Of a DNA stretch of 64,000 bases, positions 38,301-51,835 are shown one piece after another (position 1 is the first letter of the stretch; each line of letters starts with the position of its first letter). The notes under the pieces were generated by a model. That model did not search any database and was not told the origin of the DNA. It saw only the letters and a program-made list of their open reading frames with translations. The translations under genes were made by a program, and so were the position numbers. Origin of the DNA: Octopus vulgaris (lineage: Eukaryota); assembly GCA_951406725.2 (NCBI GenBank), contig OX597828.1, positions 1,426,001-1,490,000 on the forward strand, given 5' to 3'.

Positions 38301-41300
38301 TAAGAAACTCCTCCCATATAAAGTCCGTGTGACCGAAAGTAAGAAATGAAAAACAAAAAATTAACTCACATATACAATCGGTGCAACCGAAAGTAAGTAA
38401 TGAAAAGCAGAAAATTAACCCATGTTTTGGATGTGGAGAATTACACCACAGATTAAATTGGCCTTATAAAAATCGAAAATGCTTCAAGTGTGGTAAAATA
38501 GCTTATAAAAAATTACACTGTAAAACAAAACCTAAAAACGGTTCAACAGAAAGATCATGTAAACTGTTTATCGGTTACAGGAAATACGAAAGTGTCTCAA
38601 AGGAAATTTGTGCATGTAAAAATTAAATATACAAATGTAAAATTACAGTTAGATACAGACAGTGACATTACTTTAATTAATGAAAGCACATGAAAACAAA
38701 AACCTACACTGCAGAAAACATCGAAAATTGCCTGTGATGTCTCTGGGATAAAATTAATTTTTAAAGGCAAAATTATTTGTAACGTTACATTTCGCGGTAA
38801 GACGACAAAAACCAAAGCTTATGTATGAAAAAATACGGGCAGCCTTTTTAGAACTGACTGGATGGAACTGTTCGACTTCTGGGAGTTACCTGTAAATAAT
38901 TTTTCTAAAAATGCACTGGGGTTGCGCGCTAGTTCAAATACTGAGTCAGAAAAAAAAAAAATTTTAAAGAAGCGAAAAGATTGTTCCCTAGTGTTTTCTC
39001 GGATGAGTTGGGCCGATGCAATAAATTCAAAGCCAAATTTCAGGTGAAAGAAAATACATTACCAGTTTTCAAACCCAAACGTAATCTACTGTTTGCAGCA
39101 CTGGAACAGATAGATAAAGAATCAGACAGACTGGGAAAATGGGAGTTATTGAAAAGATCGATTACTCAGATTAGGCGAGCCGAAGCGTGTACGTTAAAAA
39201 GAATAATAAAGTACGTGTTTGTGCAGATTTCTCGATGAAGCTAAACGAATGTTTAAAACAGCATAACTACTCATTACCTAGCCCAGAGAAACTAAATGGT
39301 GGTAAATTGTTCTCAAAATTCGATCTGTCTAATGCCTATTTACAGATACAAGTAGAAGACGAATGTTCTAAGCTACTAACAATTAATACAAGTTTAACCG
39401 GCTTCCGTTTTGCATAAAAGTTGCTCTGGCTATATTTCAACAAGTGATGGATACGATGCTTGCAGAGTGTGACTTCGCGATGGCCTATCTGGATGATGTA
39501 TTAATTAAAAGTGTATCCCAGGATCAGCATATCGGGCATGTAAAATATGTGTTCGAAAAAATAAGAGATTACGACTTCACTTTGAGTGAGAAGTGTGAAT
39601 TCTTCTTATCTAAAATTAAATATAATATTTACGACAAATCATTGATTAAAAAAATGGTCGTCGACCGGATCCGTCGAGGGATCTTGCGATTGAAAATATT
39701 CCCTCTCCGACAAATATATCTACCTTACAAGCTATTTTGGGACTTCCCAACCATTATCAAATTTATATACCAAATATGCATAAGGTAAGAGCCCTACTAA
39801 ATAATCTACTGAAAAGAGATGTAAAGTGGAATTGGTCTCAAAATTTTCAGAAGGCGTTCGACGAAATTAAAAAGATATCAACATCAGATTTGTCTGCAGC
39901 ACATTTCGATCCTGCAGTGGAGATTGTTGTAACGTAACCTCAGATGCTTCTGGGTACGGTATCGGAGCAGTAATGCTGCATAAATATAGAGATGGTAACA
40001 TGAAGGCTGTGGTTTATGCTTCACGTTCGCTACTACCTGCCAAAAAATTATAGCCAAATTGAAAAAGAGGCTCTAGCGGTTATTTTGCCGTAAAAATTTT
40101 CATAGATGTTTATACGATAGAAATGTTCGATTACAGACTGATCATCGTCCATTATTATCTATATATGGGTCGAAGATAGGAATATCTACCCATACTACTA
40201 CTAGGTTGCAACGCTGGTGTACTATATTACTAAACTATAATTTTAAGATGGAGTTTATACCACTTAAGAAACTAGGACACGCTGATTGTTTATCAAGGCT
40301 GATTTCGAAAAATACTGGACTGTTGGAGGACACTGTGATTGCTGCGTTGCTAGCGGAAAATGAAACTAAAAGTGTTTTGTGTAATATACACGAACTACCA
40401 GTTACATTACAAGATATAAAATTAAAATCGGTAAACAATCAATTCATTTAAAAAATGAAAGAAATGCTGAGGGCTAAAAGAGATAAAATGTACGTTTTGT
40501 TGAACGCAAATTCGAACCTGTTCTCGATTTGTGACAATTTGTTAATGTACGCACAAAGAATCGTAGTGTCAGCCACATTACAGAAGTGATTATTGAAGGA
40601 ATTTCCCATTGGTCACCCAGGGATTTCAAAAATGAAATTGTTAATGAGATGTTCTGTGTATTGGCCAAGAATGGACTGTGAGATTGAAGAGTTAGTGAAA
40701 GCATGCAGAGGTTGTGCCTTAGCTGCATAGGCACCTCTCACTAAATGGCAACCGTGGCCCAAAAACAGATATTCCATGGTCCAGACTGCGTGTTGATTAC
40801 GCAGGTCCACTTAAATCGTTTTGGTGGACAGTTTTTCAAATTGGGCTGACGTGCATAAAGGTAAAAAGCCGACATCTGCGATTACAGTAAACTTTTTAAA
40901 CGAATTCTTCGTCAAATATGGTATTCCTGATACCATTGTGTCTGATAATGAAACCCAGTTTACGAGTTCAAAAAAGTATTTTTTAAAGTCGTATAGACAT
41001 GGTAAAGAAAGCTGGGAATACGGTGTAATTATTAAACAAATTTGAAAAACATTATTCCTGGTAAAAGGAAAAATATTCGAACATAAAAGACATATAAACC
41101 AACTTAAATAAAGATGTATGGAAGAAACGGTTATAAGAGATGAAATTCCCATGGAAGTACTATTCGAGACGTTTGAGGTACCAAATCCTAACAAATTGAA
41201 ACTACACGCTCAAGTAACAGAAAAAAGAAAAAAACGTAAATACTGGAATCAAACCCTAAACGTAAAGGATATTAAAACTCTGGACGGAGTTTAATTCTCA

Positions 41301-41627
41301 AAAAGTGGGAAGTTATAGGAGGCTTATTCTCAAAAACAGGGAGATATTGTGGCAGGAACTTGACCACCCCCACGTGACCAAAAGTAGACTGACAATAAAA
41401 TAAAGAAGCAGTGTTAACTGCTGGTAGTTGACAGTCAGCAGTTGACAACGCTTGTCTTTTGTATCGGATTACTGTGTTAGTTTAATATCGTGCCTATATT
41501 TTGCGTGGTACGGAGTACGTTCTGCATAAACATATTAATTCTTCGAAAGGTTATTCTAGATAACCATATCCAACATTTATTTGGGTAACACTTTTCCTAC
41601 ACCAATCTGCACTCCAACGTCATAACA
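35379..41627 (+). mobile_element. Gypsy LTR retrotransposon 1 (Mag/K02A2.6-like), decayed; 5' LTR 35379-37544 split by an insertion, 3' LTR 41348-41627
   Basis: TG..CA LTRs; PBS tggcggcgagg at 37549; gag FTYNPDEGITFPAYY with CCHC knuckles; protease LDTDSDITL; RT FSKFDLSNAYLQ, AYLDD; RNase H DASGYGIGAV; integrase GHPGISKMK..CRGC, VDYAGP, PDTIVSDN; purine tract before 41348. Confidence 0.9.
35475..37339 (+). mobile_element. ORF1-only (gag-like, HAL1-like) non-autonomous retroposon, copy B, inserted in the Gypsy 5' LTR
   Basis: FITRGRKYGTVEV; LLPTYCGKLVARMRVGKLPSEI; CYLCGEKGYMKARCP; VEKE repeats; no RT; ends aataaagaaaat; 11-bp TSD agttgacagtc/agtcgacagtc. Confidence 0.8.
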
Positions 41628-42526
41628 TTATTGGCGACGACATATTCAAACCCCTGAAGATATAACAAAAATATTGTCTGTAAATGTAATGCCAAAAACA
41701 CTCGTCCATCAGAGTATATATAGGATTCACCAGATTTAATCCATCACCCATATAAATTCCAGACTCCTGAAAAGAGAAGTACCACTTCACTCTCCAGACA
41801 TATTTGACATCGATTTTTTGTTTAATAGTTCTTCGCAGTGAATAGTATATCGAAACTTTCAGCCGTATATAAATTACAGGAGATTTCCAAATTCTTCTAA
41901 ACCACTACTTTCCACTTCCCTCATAGCCTCCCAACATCTTATGTAGCCTCTTATTTCTCTTACTTACCAAAAGTACTTAATACTACCCACACCTTTGGAT
42001 ACTAACCTGTCAACCTTTACTCCCTCCCAATTCACTTCCCTCTGTTCAATTTCATACAATTCTGCAAACCATTGCACTCCCCCTCCAGCACCAACCCAAT
42101 CCCTCTGACTCATTAACCACTGCTATATTGACTATAACCCACCCCACTCTATCCACCCCTCAATCTTCTCTCATACCTCTCTACATACCTTAGTAATCTC
42201 CTTCAGCCACTGACCCAGCTAAAACTTATTTCCCTCAAATAACGGCCATTTCCTTTCTCACTCTCTCAACCATCAACTCTATAACCTTCATACAAACTAA
42301 CACAATAAACTACCATTTACACACTACCTACAACACCCTCCCCCTTCCTTCCACTTTCCATGTCTACTACTTTAACTCCCTATCATTAACCCCTCACTCT
42401 TGATATTTATTTTCTCCTCTCACTATTCTCCATCTAAAAACGTCACCAACTCCCCCTCTAATACACTTAACTCTCCACAAAATCATTCCATCTTGTTTCC
42501 TCTAGCACCTCAAATGTAAGATCTCT

Positions 42527-42618
42527 TCGCTGAAGACAGAGGTTCGTTTCATCCTATGATGGAACCAAATTTACAAATACTATTTTGAACTGCCGAGTCC
42601 CCAGAAACAGCTGTTGGA
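42527..42618 (+). ncRNA. Hammerhead-like motif with long stem II and palindromic stem III (PLE 3' repeat)
   Basis: CTGAAGA...GAAA-cagct-GTT-gga; stem III acagctgt is a perfect palindrome; stems I and II decayed. Confidence 0.45.
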
Positions 42619-42761
42619 TTTGTAATACTTTTCTTTAACCCCTTTAATCCTCTATTTCACTTGTATTCTGTGTAAGTCAGACCTTTTTGCATGTAAACGT
42701 ATACATTTTTGTATATATATTGTTTTGCATTTCATGTATTAATATAATAAAACTTTATATA

Positions 42762-42987
42762 TTTATTTCTTTATTGCCCACAGGGGGCTAAACATAGAGA
42801 GGACAAATAAGGACAAAGAGATTAAGTCGATTACATCGACCTCATTGCGTACTTATTTTGTCGACCCCGAAAAGATGAAAGGCAAAGTCGACCTCGGTGG
42901 AATTTAAACTCAGAACGTAAAGACAGACGAAATATTGCTAAGCATTTCACCCGGCGTGCTAACGTTTCTGCCAACACGCCGCCTTAT
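42762..42987 (-). mobile_element. Full-length tRNA-derived SINE with Tx1/L1-like 3' tail
   Basis: Head ggcggcgtgttggcagaaacgttagcacgccgg; 15-bp TSD ataaaactttatata at 42747-42761 and 42988-43002; tail tgtcctctctatgtttagccccctgtgggcaataaag. Confidence 0.9.
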
Positions 42988-43050
42988 ATAAAACTTTATA
43001 TAATGATCTGTCTAAGTTGCTTATTCCTACATTTATTTCTCTCTCTCTTT

Positions 43051-43126
<76 letters not shown>

Positions 43127-44500
43127 GCACACACACATACACACACACACACTACTATGTATATGCACGCATATGCTTATACATATATACATACATATAT
43201 ATATATAAGGTTAAACAATATAGACACATAACAAAAATTCACGGAATACAAAATAAATTCGTAAATTGCTGTTTAAAACGTTGCCTGATAACTTCATTTA
43301 TGGTAACCATCTCTTCTCTTTCTTTACAATAATTCAGTAAGCTTGTTTGGTTCACATATAGTGTTTATCATACGTTTGTGAATTCTAAGTATTTCCTTCT
43401 TGCTTCATTGTTTAGTTCTACAGACTTGTTTATTTCTATGCCATTCCGGTATCTCTGTCCCTCTCACACTCGCAATGTGGTTTCCTTCCTCAATCAGAGA
43501 TTATTATCTATGACTCAAACTTATCTGTTTTACATGAAGCAAAACATATAATACCAGAAGACTTCACATGGCAGCGGACGTGACCGACTGCTGAGCTTCC
43601 CTTAATGTCTTAAATTTTATCTCTACGCAAGCTAGTCCTAAAACCCACTCCATGTCCTTTTTCTATCATCTGCCAATGAGCAAAAGTATAGACTGCCGAT
43701 AGAAATATGTTGTGATTTCACCGATAAGTAGTGCATGAAAGTCCTGATAAGCTTAAAGATACTGAAAATAAAGAAAATATTGGGTGGAAAAACTAAAGAT
43801 GTAGCTAAAAATAAAAATGAAACAGTTGCAAAAGAAAAAAGAACACCCAAAAGATGTTTCAAAATGAAACAAAAGTAGAATGACATAAATATTTACTGAA
43901 ATAAGGAAAAAAGAGAACTAACTGAAATACGGGTTGGTTATTCTGAATAACGAAGCAAACCAGAGGATTATGGGGACAGTATTCGAACTTGACAGCGTGC
44001 TTAACGCCAAACGTCTTAATGACTTGGCTACAATTAAATCACCAGGTTGTACTGGTGAAAATTTAAGTCTTGGTATGTAGTGTTGTGCTTACAATGCTAC
44101 AAGAGAATTTCAGTCTTATCACATCAACTGCTTTATTATTCATTGTTTTGCCTAATTCTAATATGTTTTATCAAACGCGTAGAGAGGCATAGCCACACAA
44201 TTGATACTTATCTAATGAAGAAACCTCTTAATCTTCCGTCCTAAATTATGTGACGACTGATGGGAAGTGGAGTGCCGATCTAGTTGTAGTGTGGAGCGTT
44301 ATGTATGGAAAATGTTTCCACGGATAGTGTTTTAGGTAACAAGTATATTTCATTTTACTATCGGGACTCGTGAACATTTCACGGAATTAATGGTAAACCT
44401 TTTGGGTTATTTCTGAAAACTTTATTCGAAAAACTTGAAAGTGTAGCCTGTGTTGTATCTGTATCGAAAGATAGTTGCTCATCTGCTACTCATTGAAAAG

Positions 44501-44847
44501 TGAAAGAAATTGGAATACGATGGTTACTTAAAGCACTTTATATACTTTATGCGCAATTTTGTAGACATATTACAAAACACTCATAAAATAAATATTCACT
44601 CTTATTTTTCCACTTCTTCTATAAACAACAACAAAATATCACGTAAATAAGCGTGAATATTTCACGGAGTCATATGTACGGGATATTTTTTTGTTTATAG
44701 GGGAAATGGAAAATAAGAGTGAAGTTTTATTTTATGAGTGCTGTGTATTATGTTTATAAAATTGTGCATAAAGTATATAAAGTGTGTATATATAAAGTGT
44801 GTATATATAAAGTGCATTAAGTAACCACCGTATTCCAGTTTCTTTCA
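44501..44847. mobile_element. ~350-bp foldback element or MITE with ~150-bp imperfect inverted arms
   Basis: tgaaagaaattggaatacgatggttacttaa...cactcataaaataaa..ttcactcttatttt pairs with the reverse complement of ~44673-44847. Confidence 0.75.
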
Positions 44848-45391
44848 TTTAGGCGCATGCGTTAAGTGATAGGTAATATAAAACACTTAGTGCAATTAAA
44901 AAATACTTTTCACTATCCAATCATCATCACCACCACCACCACCTCTCTCTTTCCTTCTCTCTCTCTTTTCTTCCTCTCTCTCCCCCCCTCTTACTCCCTC
45001 TTTCCCCCCTCTGCCTTTCTTTAACCCCACCATCAGAACATCACCCCTCTGCTAAAAATATTTTTAACGCCGTTAACTTTTTTAATCATGTAATAAATAT
45101 TACGTTTCATCTACTTCATATCGTGGACGCTTCTTTCTCCCCTTTTCTCCCTTCTATCTCACTCTTCACCTTATCCTCTTTTCTTTTTTCTTTTTCTTTC
45201 TGCTCTCCTTCCCTTCAATTAATCACGTGAAAGCGTTACCGACGGGCTAAGTAACGCAATGATAAACAGAATTATTATAAGATAGAAATGAAGAAATTAG
45301 CACCAACTACTAAAATAATTTATTATTACGCCCTTCTTAATCTATCTCACTCAGTATATGCATACATACATATATGTGTGTGCGTGTGTGT

Positions 45392-45430
<39 letters not shown>

Positions 45431-45485
45431 AGTGTGTGTCTGTATATTATATATATATATATACATACACACACACACACGCGCG

Positions 45486-45725
45486 CGAGGGGGTGATGAA
45501 AAGATCCTGGCTTTGAGTAAAAGAAAATACAGGAGGATCGTTTAACTATGATTTTATTCAGTATATTTCTCTCTCAGATTCACACACTTATTGCAGCGGT
45601 CCTTCAGTTCTTCTAATCTCTGTAAAAGGGCTTTTCTAAGCCCTGTAAAAGAACTCGGAAGGTTGGACCTCCAGCCAGGTCTTTCGTGATATCCTTAAAG
45701 CCAGGAACTTTTCAGCACTTCTTCG
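45486..45725. mobile_element. ~240-bp mariner-derived MITE
   Basis: TIRs cgagggggtgatgaaaagatcctggcttt and aaagccaggaacttttcagcacttcttcg; TA at right end. Confidence 0.8.
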
Positions 45726-45739
45726 TATATATCTATATA

Positions 45740-45990
45740 TATTTTTTGCTTTAGCTATTTGACTGCGGTGATGCTACAACACCGCCTTGAAGGGTTTTAG
45801 TCGAACAAACCGACCCTAGGACTTCTATCGGTCTCTTTGGCCGAACCACTATGTCACGGGGACGTAAGCACATCATCACCGGTTGTCAAGCGGTGGTAGG
45901 GACAAACACAGACACACACATATAGATATATACATATACATACATATATGACGGGCCTCTTTCAGTTTCCGTCTATCGAATCCACTCACA
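45740..45990 (-). mobile_element. SINE fragment, family of 23148
   Basis: ttgactgcgg..accgcctt..ggttgtcaagcg..acgggcctctttcagtttccgtct. Confidence 0.8.
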
Positions 45991-45994
45991 CGTG

Positions 45995-46445
45995 CTGTAA
46001 TCATCATGGACTCAGAACAATGCATAAACACTACCCTAACCCTCCTTCAAGACAATACCTACTACGAAAAAAACAACTACAGTCGATCCAAAACAATAAC
46101 AAAGCTTTACCGCACTTATCCATCAGTTCCAACAAGATTTAACGGAAAAGGAAAGGGAATACTTAACAAGATTTGACTACAAAACCAGCAACTTTTACGG
46201 ACTTACAAAAATCAACAAAAGTGAAAACATAAATGAAACCCGTAACAGATCAACTTCTTTAGTCATTAATATCCCACATCCGAGAGATCTCAAAATGAAG
46301 TCAATTGTGGCCGGTCCTTTCTGTGTGACACACAGGTTCAGTAACTTTATTGACGTCCTCCTAAAACATGGTCTTCAGCTAACTGATCTTCATAAGAGAT
46401 GACCTGGAGTTTTTAAACTATCTCCCACGCAAAACCAGTATAAAG
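45995..46445 (+). mobile_element. Penelope-like RT N-terminal remnant
   Basis: ATFYGLTKINKS; PRDLKMKSIVAGPFCVTHRFSNFIDVLLK; [13 protein letters not shown]. Confidence 0.7.
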
Positions 46446-46447
46446 AT

Positions 46448-47210
<763 letters not shown>

Positions 47211-47331
47211 ATTGCTATATTTCGGAATGGTCATATTGCCAGTTTAGCCAATAAAAACACACGCACTATATATTTGGTGTTATTTTGCTTCAGTGATATT
47301 TATTTTTTACATTAATCTTAATCTTATTTCG

Positions 47332-47374
47332 GCCAAAGTTCTTTCGTCACACTCCTGTGACCGCATCAGTGGTC
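47332..47374 (-). ncRNA. Minimal hammerhead-like motif with variant core CUGAUGCG
   Basis: Minus strand cca-CTGATGCG-gtcac aggagt gtgac-GAAA-gaa-CTT-tgg. Confidence 0.55.
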
Positions 47375-47876
47375 CTTTGTTTTTTGTTTTCTTCTCACTT
47401 ATTTGTGTCTCTCCTTACTAACCGTCAGCCATTTTGTATTTCTATTGTATGTCTTCATTTGCGCATGCTTATATCTCTATGTGCGTCTATGTTTATTTAG
47501 TGTGTGTGTGTGGGGGGATGCCTGTAATATTTGTATCTTCTGTTTATATACATTCTTGTAATTTGTATTTTGTTTTTGTTGTTGTTGCTTTTGTTCTAAT
47601 TTTAATTTTTATTCTAATTTTGTTCATGTGTTTACATCCACCCATTATTATCATTACATATGCTTGTATGTATGTATAACAACAATATTAGTAATAATAA
47701 TAATAAATCTAATCGAAAAAAAAATATATATATATATACACACACACATATATACACATATACATATATACATATATACACATATACATACATAGATATA
47801 TATACATATATATAGTTATTCATTTCTATTTGTTTATTTATCTGTGTATTTATTATGTTTTCAGGATCCTCTATCG

Positions 47877-48263
47877 TCATATGTTGTGGTGTGTGCTATT
47901 GTTCCATTCTAGTTTTCTATTCAGGCTAGGTTTATTTTCTATTATATGTGTAGCTTCTGTAATTTGTCTAATTGTTGCATCTGTTCTATGTGTGGACAAT
48001 ATCTTAATCTCTATGTTATTGATTGATCCCCCGTGTTCCTGTTCGGCGTGTTGGTACAGAATCGATGAGCTTTTACCTTCCTTGAGTTGTCTCCAATGTT
48101 CATTCACCCGCTCTCCAATGCTTCTTGCTGTTTCCCCTACGTATGTTACTGTCTTGTTACTGCATCGTCCCTCTATACATCTTATACTATAGACTACATT
48201 TCTGGCTTTACAGTTTGTTTGTGGGCTAAATCTACATACAGTGCAATAGTTATCCGTACAACA
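47877..48263 (-). pseudogene. Uninterrupted PLE GIY-YIG endonuclease domain fragment (no start codon)
   Basis: [23 protein letters not shown]....[44 protein letters not shown]. Confidence 0.85.
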
Positions 48264-48295
48264 AATATTTAAACGTACTATGTATATATAGATAT

Positions 48296-48358
<63 letters not shown>

Positions 48359-48393
48359 TAGATATATATATATATGTATATATGTATATATAT

Positions 48394-48437
<44 letters not shown>

Positions 48438-50379
48438 CCGGATTCAGTCCCACTGCGTGGCGACTTGGGCAAGTATCTTCTACTATAGCCTCGGACCGAC
48501 CAATGGCCACAGTCAACTGACTGAAACGAGTAAAAGTATATATAAAGATATATATGTATGTATGTATGTACGTATGTATGTATGTTTGTATGTATCAAAG
48601 CGAAGAAAAGGGATTAAGAGTCGTCAGAGAAAGGAAAACGTAAAGTACTGAATTTATGATGTCCATTTACATGGCAGGTCAGACATAGGAATGTATGTAT
48701 ATAGATATGTATATATATAGTACATAAGTAGTTCATTTTTGGTATGGTTTCATGTTTGAAATATGTTATAGAAAGAGCAAAAATTACATCTTATGGTGTT
48801 TGTTTGTTAATTAACCAACATGTTTGAGGTTCTAGGTTTGTTGTTCCTAGTGATGTTGCCATGTTATGTACGGTTGTTCTATAGGTTTTGTTCAATACGT
48901 TTAGTTCGTTAGTTCTGTTACAGTTTTTTAATCGTAATGTCTTTTGTGGGATGAATTTATTAATTTTTTGTTTATAAGTTAATACTATCTTATATTCGAT
49001 GTTGTTATTCACAATAACAAGCATATTATGCTCATATTTCGCTTCTTCCGCTTGTCTATTGATTCCCATGCAGCGTTTATGTCTTTAATGCTATTAACAC
49101 CACCAGATTAAATGGTACTGCCCAGGTGATACTGGCGGGCAACTGAAGATGGGAATATATGTTTCATATATTTGTGAATTTTTTTTCATATGTCTTGGGA
49201 TTTTGTTATTCTGATTTGCCATTCATACACGTAAGGTTGAACAGGTTTTTGGGTTCATGGTTTATAATGATTACATATATTGATATTGTTTGATTAACTT
49301 CATGGATAATCTTATTAGGCTAGAATAATACTTAATTGAAGGATTCTAGTTTGGGTAGGGTTTGTGGCACATATTTTTATCTAGCATCTGTCAAATGGCA
49401 AGCAGAGAATTGACATTTACAAAACCATCGAACCTTGCATTCGATGTCGAAATATCTGCAATCTCCACTTGTGACATGGTTTTGTTGTTCGCCTTTCTTG
49501 TTTCTTTCTGGTAACTCTGAAAGGAGTATAACCACACACACACACACACACACACACGTTCTATATGTTCTGTGTTTTTATTTCAAAGGCACTATTTTCG
49601 TGGTCCATTCCATCTAGATACAGAGAACAGAAATATTACGTGTTTTTATTAGCTTACTTAGTTGTATTCGAATCCCCTAATGATCAAAGCCTGTATTAAT
49701 TCAATATCGACATTCAGAAGACAATTTTTTGCAGCATTACTTCAGGAATTCCGATGCCCGACACAGGATTCTATGACAAACTATGGCATACGGATTATGT
49801 TGTTTCAGCTTTTCATCAATCAACAGCATCCGCATCTCTTTAACACCTCTGAAATTCGTGCACTGAGTTGATTAATTAATTAACATTGAGTGAATGTCTT
49901 TCAAATATATTCCGTTGACTTAACAGGAAATGAAATATATCGATGAATTAAATATAGATTCAGTAGTAAAATAATCTTTAACCTTAATTTTTGAACCCTC
50001 TGTTATCTGCTTAATTTTTAACTTTTGTAGATTTCCTGTTTTTCCTTTTCGGTTTATACGTCTCATCTTATCTTGCCTATCAAAGCAGTCCACGTATATT
50101 TGCTATAAGGCTCATTTTATAAGACCAATGCTGCATGCAAATGGCTGTCGAATGCAGCGTTCTGATTGTTTTATCAGTCTCCATCTGTAAACAAAGACGA
50201 AGTTGGCATTTTCACGCTGAATTACTGCCAATGAATAAAGAAAGGTTAAATGAAAAAAAAAAAAAGAAAAGAAAAAGGAAAAGCGGTTTCTGAACATGTG
50301 TATATCTATGACTATATGTATGTGGATGTTCGTGTGTTATTCCTGTGTGAGAGTATCTATACAAGTTATGTGAATTAAT

Positions 50380-50470
<91 letters not shown>

Positions 50471-51835
50471 TGTGTGTGTATGTATGTATATATGCATGTA
50501 TGAAAGTATGTAATTTTGGTATGATTGCGTATGTTTGTTTTTATGACACTGTACTTGTGATGCATACATACACATTATTATTCAAGCAGGATTTCAATTT
50601 ATACATACATATGTCTACCCACGCATATTTGCGCGCGCGCCCATACACGTTTTGTGAATGTATGAGTAGGTCTCTGTATGAAAGTGAAAGAAACGTGTCA
50701 CGTGTCTTTGAGTGTCTGTGTGCTTGTATGTATGTATGTATGTATGTATGTATGTATGTATGTATGTGTGTGCATGTGTGTGTATGTGTGTGTGCCTGCG
50801 TGTGCATTTAGACACATAAGTAATTTTTTGAGTTCATATAAGCATATATAAAATTTACTGTGCTTATGTAGAAACTTATTTACCTCCACACACACGCACA
50901 CGGTATAAACACACACACGTACACATATGCAAAAGCTACCGTATTGCAAATATACAGACCAATTCAATCAGAGCTAACCTAAGCTAAGCAATAGCAACAT
51001 TCAGACACACATACCCTTTCAACAGAAATGGCCAGCTCTGGTTAAATTTAGTAACCTGTGATATCGAAAGCCAAGTAATACAACTGAATACTTGTTCTAT
51101 TTTACCTTTCTTTAATTCTACGTAATTTCAATTTTTTTCCTACCAGAACTGTCCCATTCATTCACAAACAGTACGAACGAATGAATGACAGATGGGGGAT
51201 TAAAAAGTTCTGTCAACACTTTAGCTATCTTTTCATTTTGACTTGAATGCATGTGTCCCTATTTTAAGTACGTTTCACACAACTAGAATCCATAGAAAAA
51301 AAACACATATCCGGGATATTCTACATAAATATGAGTACGCACACGCACGCTTCGATACACACAAATACATATTCACATAGACAGCTATATAGGTCAATAA
51401 AAGATAATTTTGTTGTATATTTATTTACACCGTACAAGTTTTGTTACATGTACGACATGAAATTAATTCACCGAATTTTGAGTTGTTTCTGAAGATACAT
51501 AGAACTTGGGGAAAATTTTATGCTCAGATAGACTGCACATTTACTCTTCGTGTGTTTTCATAAATAGGGATACGATGATGACTTTTCGTTGTTATTTTAT
51601 GGATTATTTCGGCGATTGCTTCATTGCCAACTTAGTGTAGTTTTGTTCATATATCTATGATTTCGTCTCGTAAATGAATAACCTTTCTCAGAGTGGTACT
51701 CTGATAAAAGCTTCTGTTTCCACACTGGAATCGGTATATTTTAAAGGTGACACACAATTATATGTCTGGTAAGTGTTTGATATTTTAGCGATAGTGTATG
51801 CAAAAAAACTTCAGGGAAGCGCAAAAAAATCAAAA

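Larger units (their letters stand above)
34440..42750 (+). mobile_element. Old Penelope-like element remnant (pieces ~34440-34730, 35190-35378, 41654-42750) interrupted by a SINE and a Gypsy element
   Basis: YAPLYKDSLRKSGFNEDITY; RRKVTWYN; KNIVCKCNA..QEYIGFT; TSLSRHI; hammerhead-like motif at 42527. Confidence 0.55.
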
